Positions 1 to 13,032 of a DNA stretch of 64,000 nt are shown one piece after another. Origin of the DNA: Nemertoderma westbladi (Eukaryota; Animalia; Xenacoelomorpha); assembly GCA_032718475.1 (NCBI GenBank), contig JAUCBJ010008086.1:43123-107122 (forward strand), written 5' to 3'. Made by a program: the position numbers and the translations under genes. The first letter of the stretch is position 1. Each line of letters starts with the position of its first letter. The notes beneath the pieces were generated by a model. It ran no database searches, was not told where the DNA came from, and saw nothing but the letters and a program-made list of their open reading frames with translations.

Positions 1-235
1 TCCACTGGTACGATTGGTCTTACTGCTCTTTGCAGCAGCCTTCACTTCAGCAAAGGAGATATCGCCAATGGGAATATCTGGGAGTACAGACTCAGACACT
101 TTTATTTCTATAAAGTTATCAGGCAATACCCTGTCATTATTGAGGTGCTTTTCAAGGTGGGCCTTCCAACCATAAATGCTCCACCAGAGAACAAGGTCAG
201 TAATGAAAGATCACAACTGTATAACTGGTTATCCC
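1..235 (-). mobile_element. LINE (RTE-like) ORF2 fragment, linker region preceding the RT domain
   Basis: Minus strand translates as GWKAHLEKHLNNDRVLP...IPIGDISFAEVKAAAKSSKTNRTSG, resembling the W..HF..LLN / EV..A...KA.G.D segment of LINE ORF2; runs off the window edge. Confidence 0.55.
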
Positions 236-370
236 CCTCTTAATGTTGATTGCCCTGCAGAAATGCTTGATATGTGTTCTTATCAGCAAACCGTTTATTC
301 CAAAGAAAAAGGACCCTTTGTTGTGATTCTTCAAAGTTGGTCAAAAAAGGTCGCACAAGTTATAGTAGTG

Positions 371-541
371 CATATCAGACAGTCTGCTTAAGTACTGTAG
401 GTAGGCTACCGGTTTTACTGTAGTTGTAATAATAAAATGGCAATAATAAAATAACGTTATAATAACGTTATTTTATTATTGCCTATAAATACAGTAAAAC
501 CGGTAGCCTACCTACAGTACGTAAGCAGACTGTCTGATATG
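371..541. repeat. ~170-bp near-perfect foldback (MITE-like palindrome)
   Basis: CATATCAGACAGTCTGCTTAAGTACTGTAGGTAGGCTACCGGTTTTACTGTA (371-422) is mirrored by TACAGTAAAACCGGTAGCCTACCTACAGTACGTAAGCAGACTGTCTGATATG (490-541); inner arms GGCAATAATAAAATAACGTTAT / ATAACGTTATTTTATTATTGCC. Confidence 0.85.
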
Positions 542-828
542 TGTTAAATATTGTGTTTTCCATTTATAGATTAATTATAATAGTGCCCGAATGAGCATAA
601 TATTATTTGCTGTACGTGGTGACAGGATGAACTACTAATAGTGGATTGTGCTTGCTGAGTTGGACGTTTTCTTCAATGTCTTCAATGTTTAACGATGATT
701 CTTAGTAAAATAAACTATTAATTTTACATAATTAAAATTAATTATTTTTTTTATTTATTTAATACTGATTATAAGTTTATTGCTGCTAATAAATAATTTT
801 ATTTACTTCTTTATATTTCGTACAAAAA

Positions 829-1621
829 ATGAAAATATTATGCGCAGAAAATGTGTTAGTATCTATTGCTATATTATTTCTGAGTGGAGTATCAAAAGCT
901 AAACTTACAGAAACAGTAGAGATTGAAAAGAAACGTGTGGTTTCAGATACCTCAATGCGTGGGGAATTTAGTAAGAAAGTAAGCGATATATTGGCTGAGC
1001 AGTCAGCAATGGTGAATAAGTTACAGACTGTAATGAATTATCTGAAGTCGTTGAATAATTTAGTGGAGGAAGGTTCAAAGCTGGAAAACGAATACATGGA
1101 TGTTAGGAGTTTTGTTGAAGGAGTAACTCGACGTTGCCATACAGCATACAACGTTCTGGACGATATCGGTAAAAATCTATTTGTTTGCGATGTTTTGGAA
1201 CCGAGTGGCCCGTGGGTTGTGATTCAATCCAGAGAGAACCCATTCAATGTGAATTTCGAACGTCGTTGGCATGATTACAAGGTTGGATTTGGGGATAGAA
1301 GTGGGGATTTTTGGTTGGGCCTCGACAATATCCACAGATTAACAAAGGATCATAAAGTTAATCTCCGGATCTACATATGGGTAGCAGGACTTGACTACTT
1401 CACACACACTTGGTTATCCCAAGTCTTCATAGTGCACAACCCAAAAGAAGATTTGGCGAAAATTGGTAGAAACATGTTGAATTTTAAAGTTGGGGATGAA
1501 GCCTCAAATTATACCATGAGCCACGACAGTGGGTTTTGGGGATCTGGTATTATTAGTGGGCACATGTTCTCAACTGCAGATAGGGATAACGACCGCTTGG
1601 AAGGGAAACATTGCGCTCATG
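829..1621 (+). CDS. Fibrinogen-related domain (FReD) protein, exon 1: signal peptide, coiled coil and most of the fibrinogen C-terminal domain
   Basis: Hydrophobic N-terminus; CD...W.VIQ.R, NFERRWHDYKVGFG, FWLGLDNIHRLT, FSTADRDND...HCAH motifs. A GT donor at 1622 (CAT G|GTATTG) coincides with the point where FReD similarity stops in the ORF track. Confidence 0.85.
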
Positions 1622-2354
1622 GTATTGTCACATTACTATACCCTTTCAACCCTAAACATATTACCTACCAACCAGTATTTGCCACTCAATGCTGTATTAG
1701 ATGTTTAGCTATGTATTCAAATACAATTAAACTTATTTGTTACATTTCAAACATACAATCTTTCTACATCTAAATATTTATTTTTCTACAGCATGGTCTG
1801 GAATATAGTGCGGTAATTCAGGTCCCTGAACACCCCAATATTTTTTACATCTATTAATGAGATTGCAAGAAATTTGAAATAGAGATAGCTTCACCTCCTT
1901 CCTCCTACCTCCAGTATTTTTATTTTCGGTTTCAATCTTTAGTTACAAGCGGGTGTGTACAAACAGAGACCTAAGACCATGGTACAAAATAAGACTCCCA
2001 GGTACAAAAGAAAGACCCTCTTCCCCCCTCCTGGAGCCCTCTGCACATGGGGGGTCTTCATTTTGGAGAGGAGTCTTCATTTTGTAAAAGGTTAAGAACT
2101 TTAGAAAAAAAAATAATTTGGGGGGGGGGGGGGGGGTTAGTAACAGAAATACGACACTATATTCCAGGACTACGTTTAAAAATACATTTTTTTTTTATCA
2201 AAGACGAAAGAATTATTTAATTTTAGATGACTGTTTTAGCACAATTAATATTTATTTAAAAAAAAGAAAATTCTATACCCCAAATTTCAATTAAGTCTGG
2301 TAGTAAAAAATGATCGGGTCTCACACAGGACATAGTAATGTCGTTATCATATAG

Positions 2355-2560
2355 GCACAACTGGGTGGTGGTACGGCGCATTTCCGGTACATCGAGAAGA
2401 TGACCCCCAACCCTGCGAATATACCAACATTAATGCCGATCCCATAGCGTGGGCCTTTGAAGATCGTTATTCGTTCACTTGGATTAGTTCGAATGGTAGA
2501 GCAAGAGTTCTGAAATCAGTCATGGAAATTCAGATATCCCCATTGCTTTCAAAAAACTGA
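2355..2560 (+). CDS. FReD protein, exon 2 (C-terminus)
   Basis: AG acceptor at 2353-2354; phase-1 join gives CAHG-TTGWWY...CEYTNIN...FTW...LKSVMEIQISPLLSKN*, matching the GWWY..C..NLNG..W..K...MKI end of the fibrinogen domain. Confidence 0.85.
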
Positions 2561-2671
2561 AATTGTGATATAATTAAAAAATTAATGTAGATTAGGTGTG
2601 TCGGTTCCGGGCAATTTATTTTTCATGTTAACTGATGTTTATTGATGTTATATACTTTAGTAACGGTATTT

Positions 2672-2898
2672 TTGGGTGAATGAGTGGTTTCATATTGTTA
2701 TAACTGTTGGTCTTCACAGTTGGGTCTGCAATGACGTACAGGTGGGTTTGAACTGGTGACCTCCGTGGAAGTATGGCGCTTTAACCATTCAGCTAGCGGC
2801 GCAGGTAAAAGGTAGGCCTGGAAATACTACCGGATACCTCGTACATGTATATCCGCAATTTACGCCCTTGTGGCCTCCCATCTGTCAATACCATAATC
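2672..2898 (-). mobile_element. Partial copy of the tRNA-head-containing repeat at 20524-20875
   Basis: Reverse complement aligns with 20638-20870 (ATGGTATTGACAGATGGG...AGCTGAATGGTTA.AGCG...GGAGGTCACCAGTTC...TGAAACCACTCATTCACC). Confidence 0.7.
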
Positions 2899-3026
2899 TG
2901 ATGACATTCTGTACAATCATATCGAATGCCTGTTTGGCAGTCTTTAACAACTCGCTACTATGAAAGGATTGTGTATATTATCTAATAACCATCATGGCCA
3001 CTATAATTAATTATACACTACTGTCC

Positions 3027-3415
3027 AGGTGACATTTGCTAGATCATCCGCATCTTCAAGGCCAGTGTCCTTTAAGATGCGTCTCAAGAACGTCATGGGC
3101 TGTCCACCATGCTTATTCACTCCATGAGGCTGCCAAAGTATAAGATTATGCACTGGCTGGTCCTCACGGCGAAAGCAATGTCCTGCAAAGCGGAGGCGAT
3201 TTTGTTCTAGTGTTAAGCTTGGGGGAACCAATGAGACACCTCCAATGTTATATAGTGTCTGGTTGGAGATGTGTGCATTGTACTTGACACAATGAACCCG
3301 GCGTAGCATTCTTGTGAATGTGCCATCCAGAGATTTGGTGTCCTCAGCAGTTAGAGCCCAGCATGAACTCCCATAGAAGAGTACTGGAACTACTGCTGCT
3401 CTAAATAATCGGATC
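3027..3415 (-). mobile_element. RTE-clade LINE family A, 3' fragment
   Basis: Nearly identical to the C-terminus of ORF 16621-17880 (MLRRVHCVKY...RLRFAGHCFRREDQPVHNL.LWQPHG). Confidence 0.9.
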
Positions 3416-5914
3416 TTCTAATCTGTAATATGTAATTCTGCAAAGGGTCCGTCCCTTTCTAGGGTTCATTGTCCCCTTACCGTACTAATATAACCTTCAC
3501 CTATTATCATGAGACGCTACTACTGGGCCTTTAGGTAATATTAATACACAGCATTTAAGCAGGCTATCACACCACACACTGTGGAGCGAACAACGAAAGT
3601 AAGCGCGCTTTGCATACTGGTACCACTAACTCAATCGGTGTGTATGTTCTGTTGTTCTGTAGTTCTGTTGTTCTGTCGTTCTGTTGTTCTGTTGTGTCCA
3701 ATTTTAAACGTTAATACCTCAGCCAAATCTCGATAATCCAATCTATCCCAACTTGGTACACATGTAGTCTTGCAAAATTTTCCAAGTTGAATTTGCGTGT
3801 GGCCTTTGAGAAGCTAAGATAATAGCAATTCATTAATTAAATTAAAATTAATTACGTTGGTTAAGGTAAAAACAGCATTTTCAACATGACTTTTAAAGGA
3901 AATTAAATATTTTAGAGGATAAGATATAAATAATTATACTTCACAATTATACGCTGTAATCCCCATACTCCATTCCATTATAGTTTTTAATTAGTTAAAG
4001 TGATTTTCTTCAAGAAATGTGTTTTTAATTGATCCAAACGTAATTAAGTTATCAAAATGCCCCTTTACTCAATACTTCTAGCTCCGTCATTCCTTGGCAT
4101 GCTTGCTATTGCCTATAGTTGGGAACCAGTTCAATCATCTCACCACTACTTGGCAACGGGTAATTATATCTATAGGACATAAGCACTCCTACTAGTGTAA
4201 GGTGCCAGACTAATAAGCCAGTTTGCTTATTATTTATCTCGGAAAATGATTGCCTGGAGATTTAATCGTGATTCTTTAGAATAATTAGGTAAATTACTTC
4301 GCTGAGGTGTTGAGGCGCTGAGGTGTTGACATGATACTTTAATATTTCAGTATCTATACTATCAGCGGCAGAAGGTTAAGTTTTAATATTTATTACAAAT
4401 TGGGTCGCCTCTATGCCTAAAATTTTAATTTTATTTCCCGTTGCCGTTACACACATATCCTCTGTGCGCCTTTGGGTTGGGGTGGTGCAGATTAAGAGGG
4501 GGATTGAAGCAGGGGGGGGGGGGGGGGGGGACTTTCCTCTCTTCTTTGATTTATTCCGCGATGGTTAAATTTCTTAAATACCGATTTTGGGATAGAATAG
4601 CTCAATTTTAATCTGAATCTGATAACTGAGCCTCGTGCTGCGCGAATGCCCCACGAACGTGTTTGTCTGCTCCAATAAACCCCAAATATACTCCAAAAAA
4701 GCTCCTTTGAACCCATTCAGTCCGATGACCCGATGTGGTTGCTATGGTGTCACAACAAATTGTGTATATATTAATATAACTTAAAAGGCTTAGGGTTAGG
4801 GTTGCGACACATACCTGTATGTTTAGCATGTATTTATATTTGTTTGTGTTTGTGTGTTTGTTGTTCTTCGATGACCCTAGGGGTTGAGAAGTATATTTTG
4901 GGCTAAATGTCCTGATTCTATATTTTTTTATTGGGTGTGTAAGACTCCTGTTCTTCCTTTAAGTTAAATTATTATATATATAACAACCCCCTGCTAGTCA
5001 GTATGAAGTTAACATCAATTAAATGGCTTACAAAACTAACTATTTCCTAATGATATTACTTAGTTTTTAGATAACTACTCCCATGGGTTTTTAAAATTGT
5101 AGAATGGTATATGCTAGTAATTGAACAGTGGAAAATATATGTAGTTTGTAACAGTTGACACTATTGGAATTATATTTGTAGTACCCCTATAACCAGTTAT
5201 AGTAGTAATTAATATGAGGAAATAAAGATAAACCACCGGTAAATATTGCAATTGAAAAAATAAGCAAAATCGTCTCTGAGTCACAACCTCAAACGAACAC
5301 CAAACTCATAGGAAAGTCACACAACTAGGAAAAGGCAACAAGCAGAACTGTGATACATCCACCATGTCAGTGGGGGGGGGGGGGGGGGGTCTGTTTACAG
5401 CTGAAAGCAGTTCATTTGCAAGTATGACATCCTGTAAGTTTCCCCACCTGCACCTCTGTCATCAGTTCATCAGTGGTTGTTATGTCCTAGGTGGGATGCT
5501 GGTCCACTGGGAGATGTAGCCGAAGAATCTTCTATGTCAGACTTCCATCCTCTGGCCTTTCCCATAGAGGGTTTCGGCCAGATGCAGACAGGTCATCCAC
5601 GTAATGTGCCAAGCCCAATAAGTTGACCTCTCCCTGCCATTGTCAACTACTTGATGTATGGGTTCTACTTCTCCAATGATGGTCAGACCTCTGAATTAAT
5701 TGCACTGTCCATAATTTAATGTGTTTTATTGCTGGGTTGGCTCTTGGGGCAGTTACCAAACCCTGATTTGCCAGTCCACAGTGAGTTTTGCAGCGCAGCA
5801 GTGTGCCCAGGCCTTACTGTCTCATTTGCCAGACCTGTGAACCTGCCACATGACACATGTTACAATGGAGACGACTTCTATAATTATATTAGTCGACTCA
5901 TGCACTTCACCATC

Positions 5915-6716
5915 CATTACCTGGCACCAGAAGTCGAGGAAATGCAGCCAAGTCCTAACTGATCTAGACTTGATTTCGGAGTACTCTCAGAATCAAGTGA
6001 GGGAGCCAAACAGCTCCTCCACTCATTAGAACATGCTGCTTCTAGTGTTGGTATTTTTGTTCTCCAAGAAGACGAAAATTTTGACAGTTAACTTTGGAAG
6101 TCCTCAGCAAATCTCTGATCAGATGAGCATATAGGTATGCTTGAGCTGAGCATGTGGACGACTTCTGTTACCTGGGATCATGGATCCGGAAGTCAGGCGA
6201 GGACTTTCGAATACGTAAGGGAAAGGCATGGGCAGCCTTGAATAGGCTTTCCAGGATTTGGAAGTCACATAGAATTCATCGGAAACTTAAGGTCTGATTA
6301 TTTGGTGCAGCAGAAGTTCTAGTACTCCTCTATGGGAGTCCATGCTAGGCTCTAACTGCTGAGGACACCAAATCTCTGGATGGCACATTCACAAGAATGC
6401 TACGCCGGGTTCATTGTGTCAAGTACAATGCACACATCTCCAACCAGACACTATATAACATTGGAGGTGTCTCGTTGGTTTCCCCAAGCTTGACACTAGA
6501 ACAAAGTCGCATCCGCTTTGCTGGACATTGTTTTCGCTGTGAGGACCAGCCTGTGCACAATCTTGTGCTTTGGTAGCAACATGGAGAAAATAAGCATGGT
6601 AGACAGCCCATGACTTTTGTGAGACGCATCTTAAAGGACACTGGCCTTGAAGATGCGGATAGTTTCGTGAAAGTCATGGGGGATAAGGAGTTGTGGCGTT
6701 GCAACTTTGTTGACAA
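5915..6716 (+). mobile_element. RTE-clade LINE family A, decayed fragment
   Basis: Colinear with ~17040-17860 (TDLD..., RIRKGKAW, DGTFTRMLRRVH, FAGHCFR) but carries indels and stops. Confidence 0.85.
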
Positions 6717-7948
6717 CTACTACTACTAGGATGGATAGTAGTAGGATAGTAGTCGTAGTATTTAGGATTTTTATGGATATTTAATAAAAAATGGAATAAT
6801 TATTGGTGTATGTTCAAACAGAAATTACCATTGGGATTTTATCAAAAAGCCTTCATTTACAAACGCCAGAAACTCCCAAAGGAATTTATTTATGTCAAAC
6901 GGAAAATTAAAATATGGACAATGCTTCTTTATTCTCCTGCAAACTGCTCCCAAAATGGTACTCAATACCTTCCAGGTATTAGGTGATCATTAGACATTAA
7001 ACGGCACATGGTGAATTACTAATGATATTCTACTCCAGTTTTATAACCCATACCTCAACCCACATAATAAATAATTCAGTACAAAAACCCAAGTAAACGA
7101 GTAAAACTTTCGCCCAATATTGTGTGGCAATGATGTCCATCTAATTCACCTAAACAGTCATGGATTAAATGCACATTTTGAATACATGATTCATGAATTA
7201 TGTAACTCTAGGGAAAACTATTTATATTGGAGGAGAACAAGTTGGTTTCCAGTTATAACAATGAGCATTAAGGTGACAGCACCATGTGATAGTATTTATG
7301 AAGACTCTGCATATTTAACTGTAAGGTAATCGTAATCAATCAATTGCAATATTCTTGTGTTGCAGATTTTGATGTACAGCATTGTTATTTGCAAAGTGTC
7401 CTCTGATTAAATTAGTTAGTTACGTAACGCCTGGAGCGAATAAATATAATTCCATTTCAAATTATTGAATAATTAATGAAAGAGCACCAGTAAGTATATA
7501 GCACAATACTCCTAACGGTGCTATGTGGTTTATTTGTGTCCTACCTCAATAATTAATCAGGCATTGATTGGAGAAATATAAAGGACCAATCAGGTTACGA
7601 GTACCAGTCAGTAGTCAAGCAAGGAATAACGATCATACATCTGTCATCTTGCAGTAAACTGCTAGTAACTCCATCATATAACACATCTTAATACTATTAA
7701 TAATAAGGTGTTATAGTTAATTACTTTAGGATAACATTCCGGTGCGGTAATAACTTCCTAAGGTACGATACCGGTAATAGCTTTTACCTGCACTGCACAA
7801 GGTCTCTTTATTTTTAAGTTAAAGTCAAGGACTACTATACTACAGGACTGGCACACCCCTTCATCCGACTTCGCTAGCAAAGTCCATTGGTTTGCTATTG
7901 CTTTATATTGTTATATGATGTTGACAACTACGACTTTAGAGGGATTGT

Positions 7949-8062
7949 AATATTCATATTAAAACAATAAAATAGGACATGGGGTCTATATGGCCCTAAA
8001 TGCTAGGTAGTATCTGAGGGAATAGACCCCATGTCCTATTTTATTGTTTTAATATGTATATT
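7949..8062. repeat. Hairpin with ~40-bp arms
   Basis: CATATTAAAACAATAAAATAGGACATGGGGTCTAT ... ATAGACCCCATGTCCTATTTTATTGTTTTAATATG. Confidence 0.85.
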
Positions 8063-8784
8063 GTTATAGACATTGTTATCAAAGGATTTGTATGAAATTT
8101 ATTACACACTCGTAATTATTAGTAACAAATAAATTTTGGTGTCAAGAAATAAAGGACGAGCGCAGCGAGGCTTGTAACAAAGGGGACGACGAGTGTTGTG
8201 TACTAACTATATTCAATATAGTCTAGAACGACCGTGTTTAGTTAGTACATTGTGCGACATAAAAAACGATGTGAACAGTACCCCTATTGGTAGGGGAATG
8301 TTGTGACACAGATGATATCGGATTCAACTAACGGTATATTTGTCTCACCCCACAATACAGCAATATACATGGACCTCCCTCTCTCTATATTCTTTATCCT
8401 CAAGCCAGGTTCCAGGTACCCCCCCCCCCCCCCCCCCCCCCCCCAACTGCCTTTCTGATATTATTACTTTATAGGTCTAATATTATTAGGTACTTTATAT
8501 TACTATTAGGTACTTACTTTATATTACTAGTAGGTACTCTATGTTATTACTTTATTATTTATTACGATAGCCGACCAAATATTCCCCACCCCAGAGTGAA
8601 AACACATCAATGGCCCCGATACGGGCTCATCATTAATATCAATCAATCAATCAAATTATTGATTATTATTATTAATAAAAAAAGATATTGAAATTATTAA
8701 TTAATAAATTGAATAAGTACCAATCCCGAATATTAAACATAAACTGGAAAATTAAACGAGTGACTCCCCTGTAGACTCCTCTAT

Positions 8785-8978
8785 ATATCTCAGTTTTTAT
8801 GAGTCTCGCCGGGCGCGGACTCAACGTGTGACCCCCTGTAGAGAAATATCTCAGTTTTTATGAGTCTCTCCTGGCTTGGACTCAACGTGTGACCCCCTGT
8901 AGAGAAATATCTCAGTTTTTATGAGTCTCTCCTGGTTCGGACTCAACATGTGACCCCATGTAGAGAAATATCTCAGTT
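8785..8978. repeat. 61-bp tandem repeat, ~3.2 copies
   Basis: ATATCTCAGTTTTTATGAGTCTC...GGACTCAACGTGTGACCCCCTGTAGAGAA recurs with period 61. Confidence 0.85.
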
Positions 8979-10690
8979 CACAGTTTGACGTGATACGAAA
9001 CGATATCATATTTCGGCCTGGTATACAATAATATTTATTTATTTTGTCCCCTTCCCGTTATTCGGAGGAATTTAATTTACTAATTTAGTTTGTGCGGCTG
9101 TATCGCCAGAATGCGAGTCGCGCCGTTTCTGCCTATCCGTTTCTTCCATAGATCGCTTTTGTACTCCATTAAGAAGGGTGTTTGCTAGGATACGGCAAGC
9201 AGCTATTGGTGGCAGCGGGGAGATACCGTAATACAGTAATAGACCGCAATCATGTGCACTACTTGAGTTAGTTGTTTGTAGCACCGTATAGTTCCATTAG
9301 GTAAAGCATCCACCCACACAGCCGACGCCATGGTCCATCATAATGAGGCATGAGGAGCAAGTTGTAATCCATCACGAGTTAGGGCTTGGGTAAATAAATA
9401 TATTATCCTCCTCTAAAATATCACCTGTGATGTCTAACTCTGGGATTACCTTTACCAGGGCAGGAATCCTGCAACGTAAGTTGCTTCTTTGACATAAGTG
9501 AAACCTGTATATTCGTCGTTATGGAATAAGAAAAGCAATAGGCTACTTGGAACTCCGATCGCTTCACAAAAATGTCAGTATCGCGACCGTATCCTGCGAT
9601 TCCCTTTAGCCACGTAGAAACAACGGGTTCAGTCAGCTGCAAAAAGCCCCCAATCAACCAATTAAATCTCGCTCATTGAGCAACTGAAGTTGGCGTTCCT
9701 CAATGGGAGGGAGTTCTCGTGGAGTAGGGGGTCGCGGTGGAACACACGATAAGGGAAGTAGAATGGAGGTATTGTTGGCAGCCAGGGACTTTCTTGCGCG
9801 GAATTCCCGCGGCTGCGCGGGACACTCTGGCCAAATGTCAGAATGTTGAATACAAATGACGGCAGTGCTTCCATAACTTAAACGGAGAGCCATCATCTGC
9901 CTGCACTGCGTCGTGGTAGCGCGGCAATCCACTGATCTCGTTCGGCACCGACAGGAGGAAGTTTCACTGCGCGAACGTTCAGTAAACTGCAGAACTGTCT
10001 ATAACTGTCTAGCTGTCTGTTTGTAGGTTAAGTATACTGGTATAATAAATCATTCTACGGTAGCAGTACAGCTTACCGCAGTACTGCAGTATGAAATGAA
10101 TGGACTTCGCTAGCGAAGTCGGATCAGGCAGTATGCCAGTCCTGTAGTATAGCAGTCCTTGGTTAAAGTATATCATTTTTGAATTTCCCGCCACCTGTCC
10201 ATTATTATCACCTACTGTATCTACTTGGAATCATCAATATGAATGCAATAAATTAATGGACAAACAGTTCAACTTCACGAAATACATAAAATAAAAACCA
10301 AATGTAATAATAAATATAAGTAATCAATCATTTATATCTGAAACACTACACTCGATCTGAAGAAATATCTTAATCCCAGTAGCAGGATATATACTGCACT
10401 GTTCTACAGTTATACAAGTTAGTAAGTAGTAGTATATTTATTCATGTAAACTATAAGTAAGTATGAGTGTTTTGTAAAGTTTAGTTTGTGTACTCGCTTA
10501 GGTAACATTGAAAACTGAGAGATTGCTAGGACAACGAGATAATCAAGTTGGAGTTCACCAACTTTCCGACTGTGCTGCTGTTTCTTTGTACCGTAGGCCT
10601 ACCTAATCTACATTTATTTTAAACTGAAAGAAATGCTATTAGTAATAACAATTAGTAAATAATATAGATTGTAGCAGATGAGCTGCCACA

Positions 10691-11657
10691 TTGGTGACCT
10701 GGAATTTTCAAACCGCACATTTGAGAAAAATAATCGAACTCGCCATAAAATTGGTTTGGCCATGCTGAGGCACAAATCCACATCCGCGGCATTACATCAG
10801 GCGCGACCAAATATTATTACTTTGTCGGGGTGCTCGATCAAAACACAGCCGAGCGTCTGTTACATATTATTCGTAATCCGCCTACCACAAACAAATATCC
10901 CAAACCAAAGGATCAACTGCTTAAAATCTATGGAATCTCCCAACGTGAACGCGCCTCCAGACTCTGGGACTTAAATGGTCTCGGTGACCACCGCCCTTCT
11001 CAACTACTAAGTGAGATGCAGACGCTATTGGGTGACGAGCACCCCTGCATGCTTTTCGAGGAACTTTTCCTTCTCCAGATGACCAAGGATATACCCTTCA
11101 ACTTGCAGAGCAGGACTTCAGCAACCTCGATCGAGTTGCGACTGCGCCGATGCCTTGTGGGGGGCATCCAGCAACAAGGCCTCATCCTCAACCTTGCCAA
11201 ATGCCAGTTCGGTCAAACAACCATAGATATCCTTGGCCATCACATTTCATCCCAAGGCGCCATTCCTCTCCCCAACAAGGTCGCTGTCATTCGGGATTTC
11301 ACAAAACCAACCACCATTAAAGGACTGCAGGAATTTGTAGGAATGATAAACTTTTATCACTGGTTTATTCCTGCAGCCGCAGACATTATGTGCCCTCTCT
11401 ACAGCACCCTTGCTGGCAAACCTAAAACACTCACTTGGACTAACAGCATGGATGTCACATTCACAAACTCCAAGGAAGCCCACGCCAATACCACAATGCT
11501 CACTCACCCAAACGATACCAATCAAATCATGCTCACTGTGGACGCCTCTGGTACTGCAAGGTGGCGTCTTAGAACATCTGGTAGGTTATTTGTGGCTCCC
11601 ACTAGCATTCTTCAGTCGACAACTGAGAGAACACCAGAGGTAAAATACAGCGCATGA
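10691..11657 (+). mobile_element. Ty3/Gypsy (CsRn1-like) internally deleted relic: gag piece fused to RT thumb and start of RNase H
   Basis: CA|TTGGTGACC tRNA-Trp-type PBS at 10691; gag motif GLGDHRPSQLL; LNLAKCQFG...ILGHHIS..G..P.PNKV, LQEFVGMINFY, LTVDASG. Confidence 0.8.
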
Positions 11658-13032
11658 AAAAATATCCCCACCAAAAAGTGAATAAAAAAACCAAATGTAT
11701 GACATACACTACTGGCGTGGTCGTCGACTGAACTGGTTAATCATTACGTTTCTGTTGGAACATATTTGAGCTTGAGGAAGTAGTGCAGCCGCTTGGTTTA
11801 ATAAATGGTGCTTTCCTGATGAGTTAGTGTGGATGTGGTGAGACCTGGTTGATTAGGCTGGTGGTAATTTGCTAGATTTCCTGAGCTCAGACATTCGGAC
11901 AATTGTCACGAAAATTGCTGGAGTCTGTCAGACAAATTAGTTTAGCACCTTCAGGAAAGATTGCACAAAACCCACAATGTAAATACATAATGTGAATGCA
12001 ACATACATACATATTTTAGTCCTTTAACATTATACAAATTGGTGTTGAGTAACATCGAAATTAATTAATTACACCAAAGATATTAATGCCAAAGCCCTCA
12101 AATATAATGGGACAGTAGTTAATATAGGTAGACAGTAATAAGGAGACATAGATCAGCAAGATAATAGATCCCTAACTGTATTGTATGTACATAGAATGCA
12201 TAGAAAGAAACATATTATAATAATATCCATAATATCTCATCACCTGAACTACTGTATATAGTGTATCTCCTTGCAAGGGGAGTCTGGGCCGAACAGAGGG
12301 TGGTGTCATTCATTGTTAACCGGTCCCTGGACCGGTCCCTGGAGCAGTGAGTCCGAGCTAAGAAGGTGCACTACAGTGTGGTGTGCGAGGATCGTAGGAT
12401 CTCCTTCACCCCCCTAGTCGGTACCTCCGATGGGGTGTGGTGCAAGGAGGCCGAGATCCCAATTGTGGCTCGGCGGCAGGGGATGCGCAAACGTGGCCTC
12501 GCTTGTGTTTTGGGTGGTGTGCGGAGGCGCCTAGAGTTCGCGCTCCAAACTCATTATGCTTACGGAGAGGGCGAGGGCCGTAATATTTTACAAACTGCAT
12601 GCAGTAATAGTTATGTAAAGTGTAATAGGCCTTACTGGTCTGGTATTTGTTATTGGGTTGGCTAAATCAAAAATCACTGCTATTCTGTATAATACAGTAA
12701 TATAGGATAGGCCAACAAGTAGGCACTGTCACTATTATACCATTTACAAGGATACCTACCATGCAAAACAATACAAGTTGAGTTGTTTTGAGCAAACAAA
12801 TGAAATTAAGTTTACCGGTAGTCAAGCTTAGTCAGTCATACTCCTTTCTGTACTCGTGCGTGGCTACATATCACTACACTACAAACCTACACAGTCAGGC
12901 TAGTCAGTCATATGTAATCGTATCGGTACTACTCGTAAATGTTCAACTTTTACTCATTTGTCATTTTAATAATAAATGACTTGTGTAAGTACCTACCTAA
13001 TATGAGCTAGTGTATGCTGATTTGAAATAATA

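Larger units (their letters stand above)
7826..10161. mobile_element. ~2.3-kb non-autonomous element with ~63-bp imperfect terminal inverted repeats
   Basis: CAAGGACTACTATACTACAGGACTGGCA...ATCCGACTTCGCTAGCAAAGTCCATT (7826-7888) is the reverse complement of 10099-10161; no transposase recognised inside; TSD not clear. Confidence 0.65.

Noticed and set aside
1622-1773. C-terminal 50 aa of ORF 829-1773
   Set aside because: Read-through into an intron; the domain is completed by exon 2355-2560
5480-5710. Very decayed LINE C-terminus on the minus strand
   Set aside because: Only faint motif resemblance
8419-8444. Long C/G homopolymers (also 2120, 4512, 5372, 21212, 22319)
   Set aside because: Common in MITE interiors and of unreliable length in assemblies; no further structure
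12275-12590. GC-rich island, considered as rRNA or ncRNA fragment
   Set aside because: No recognisable conserved motif; left unassigned
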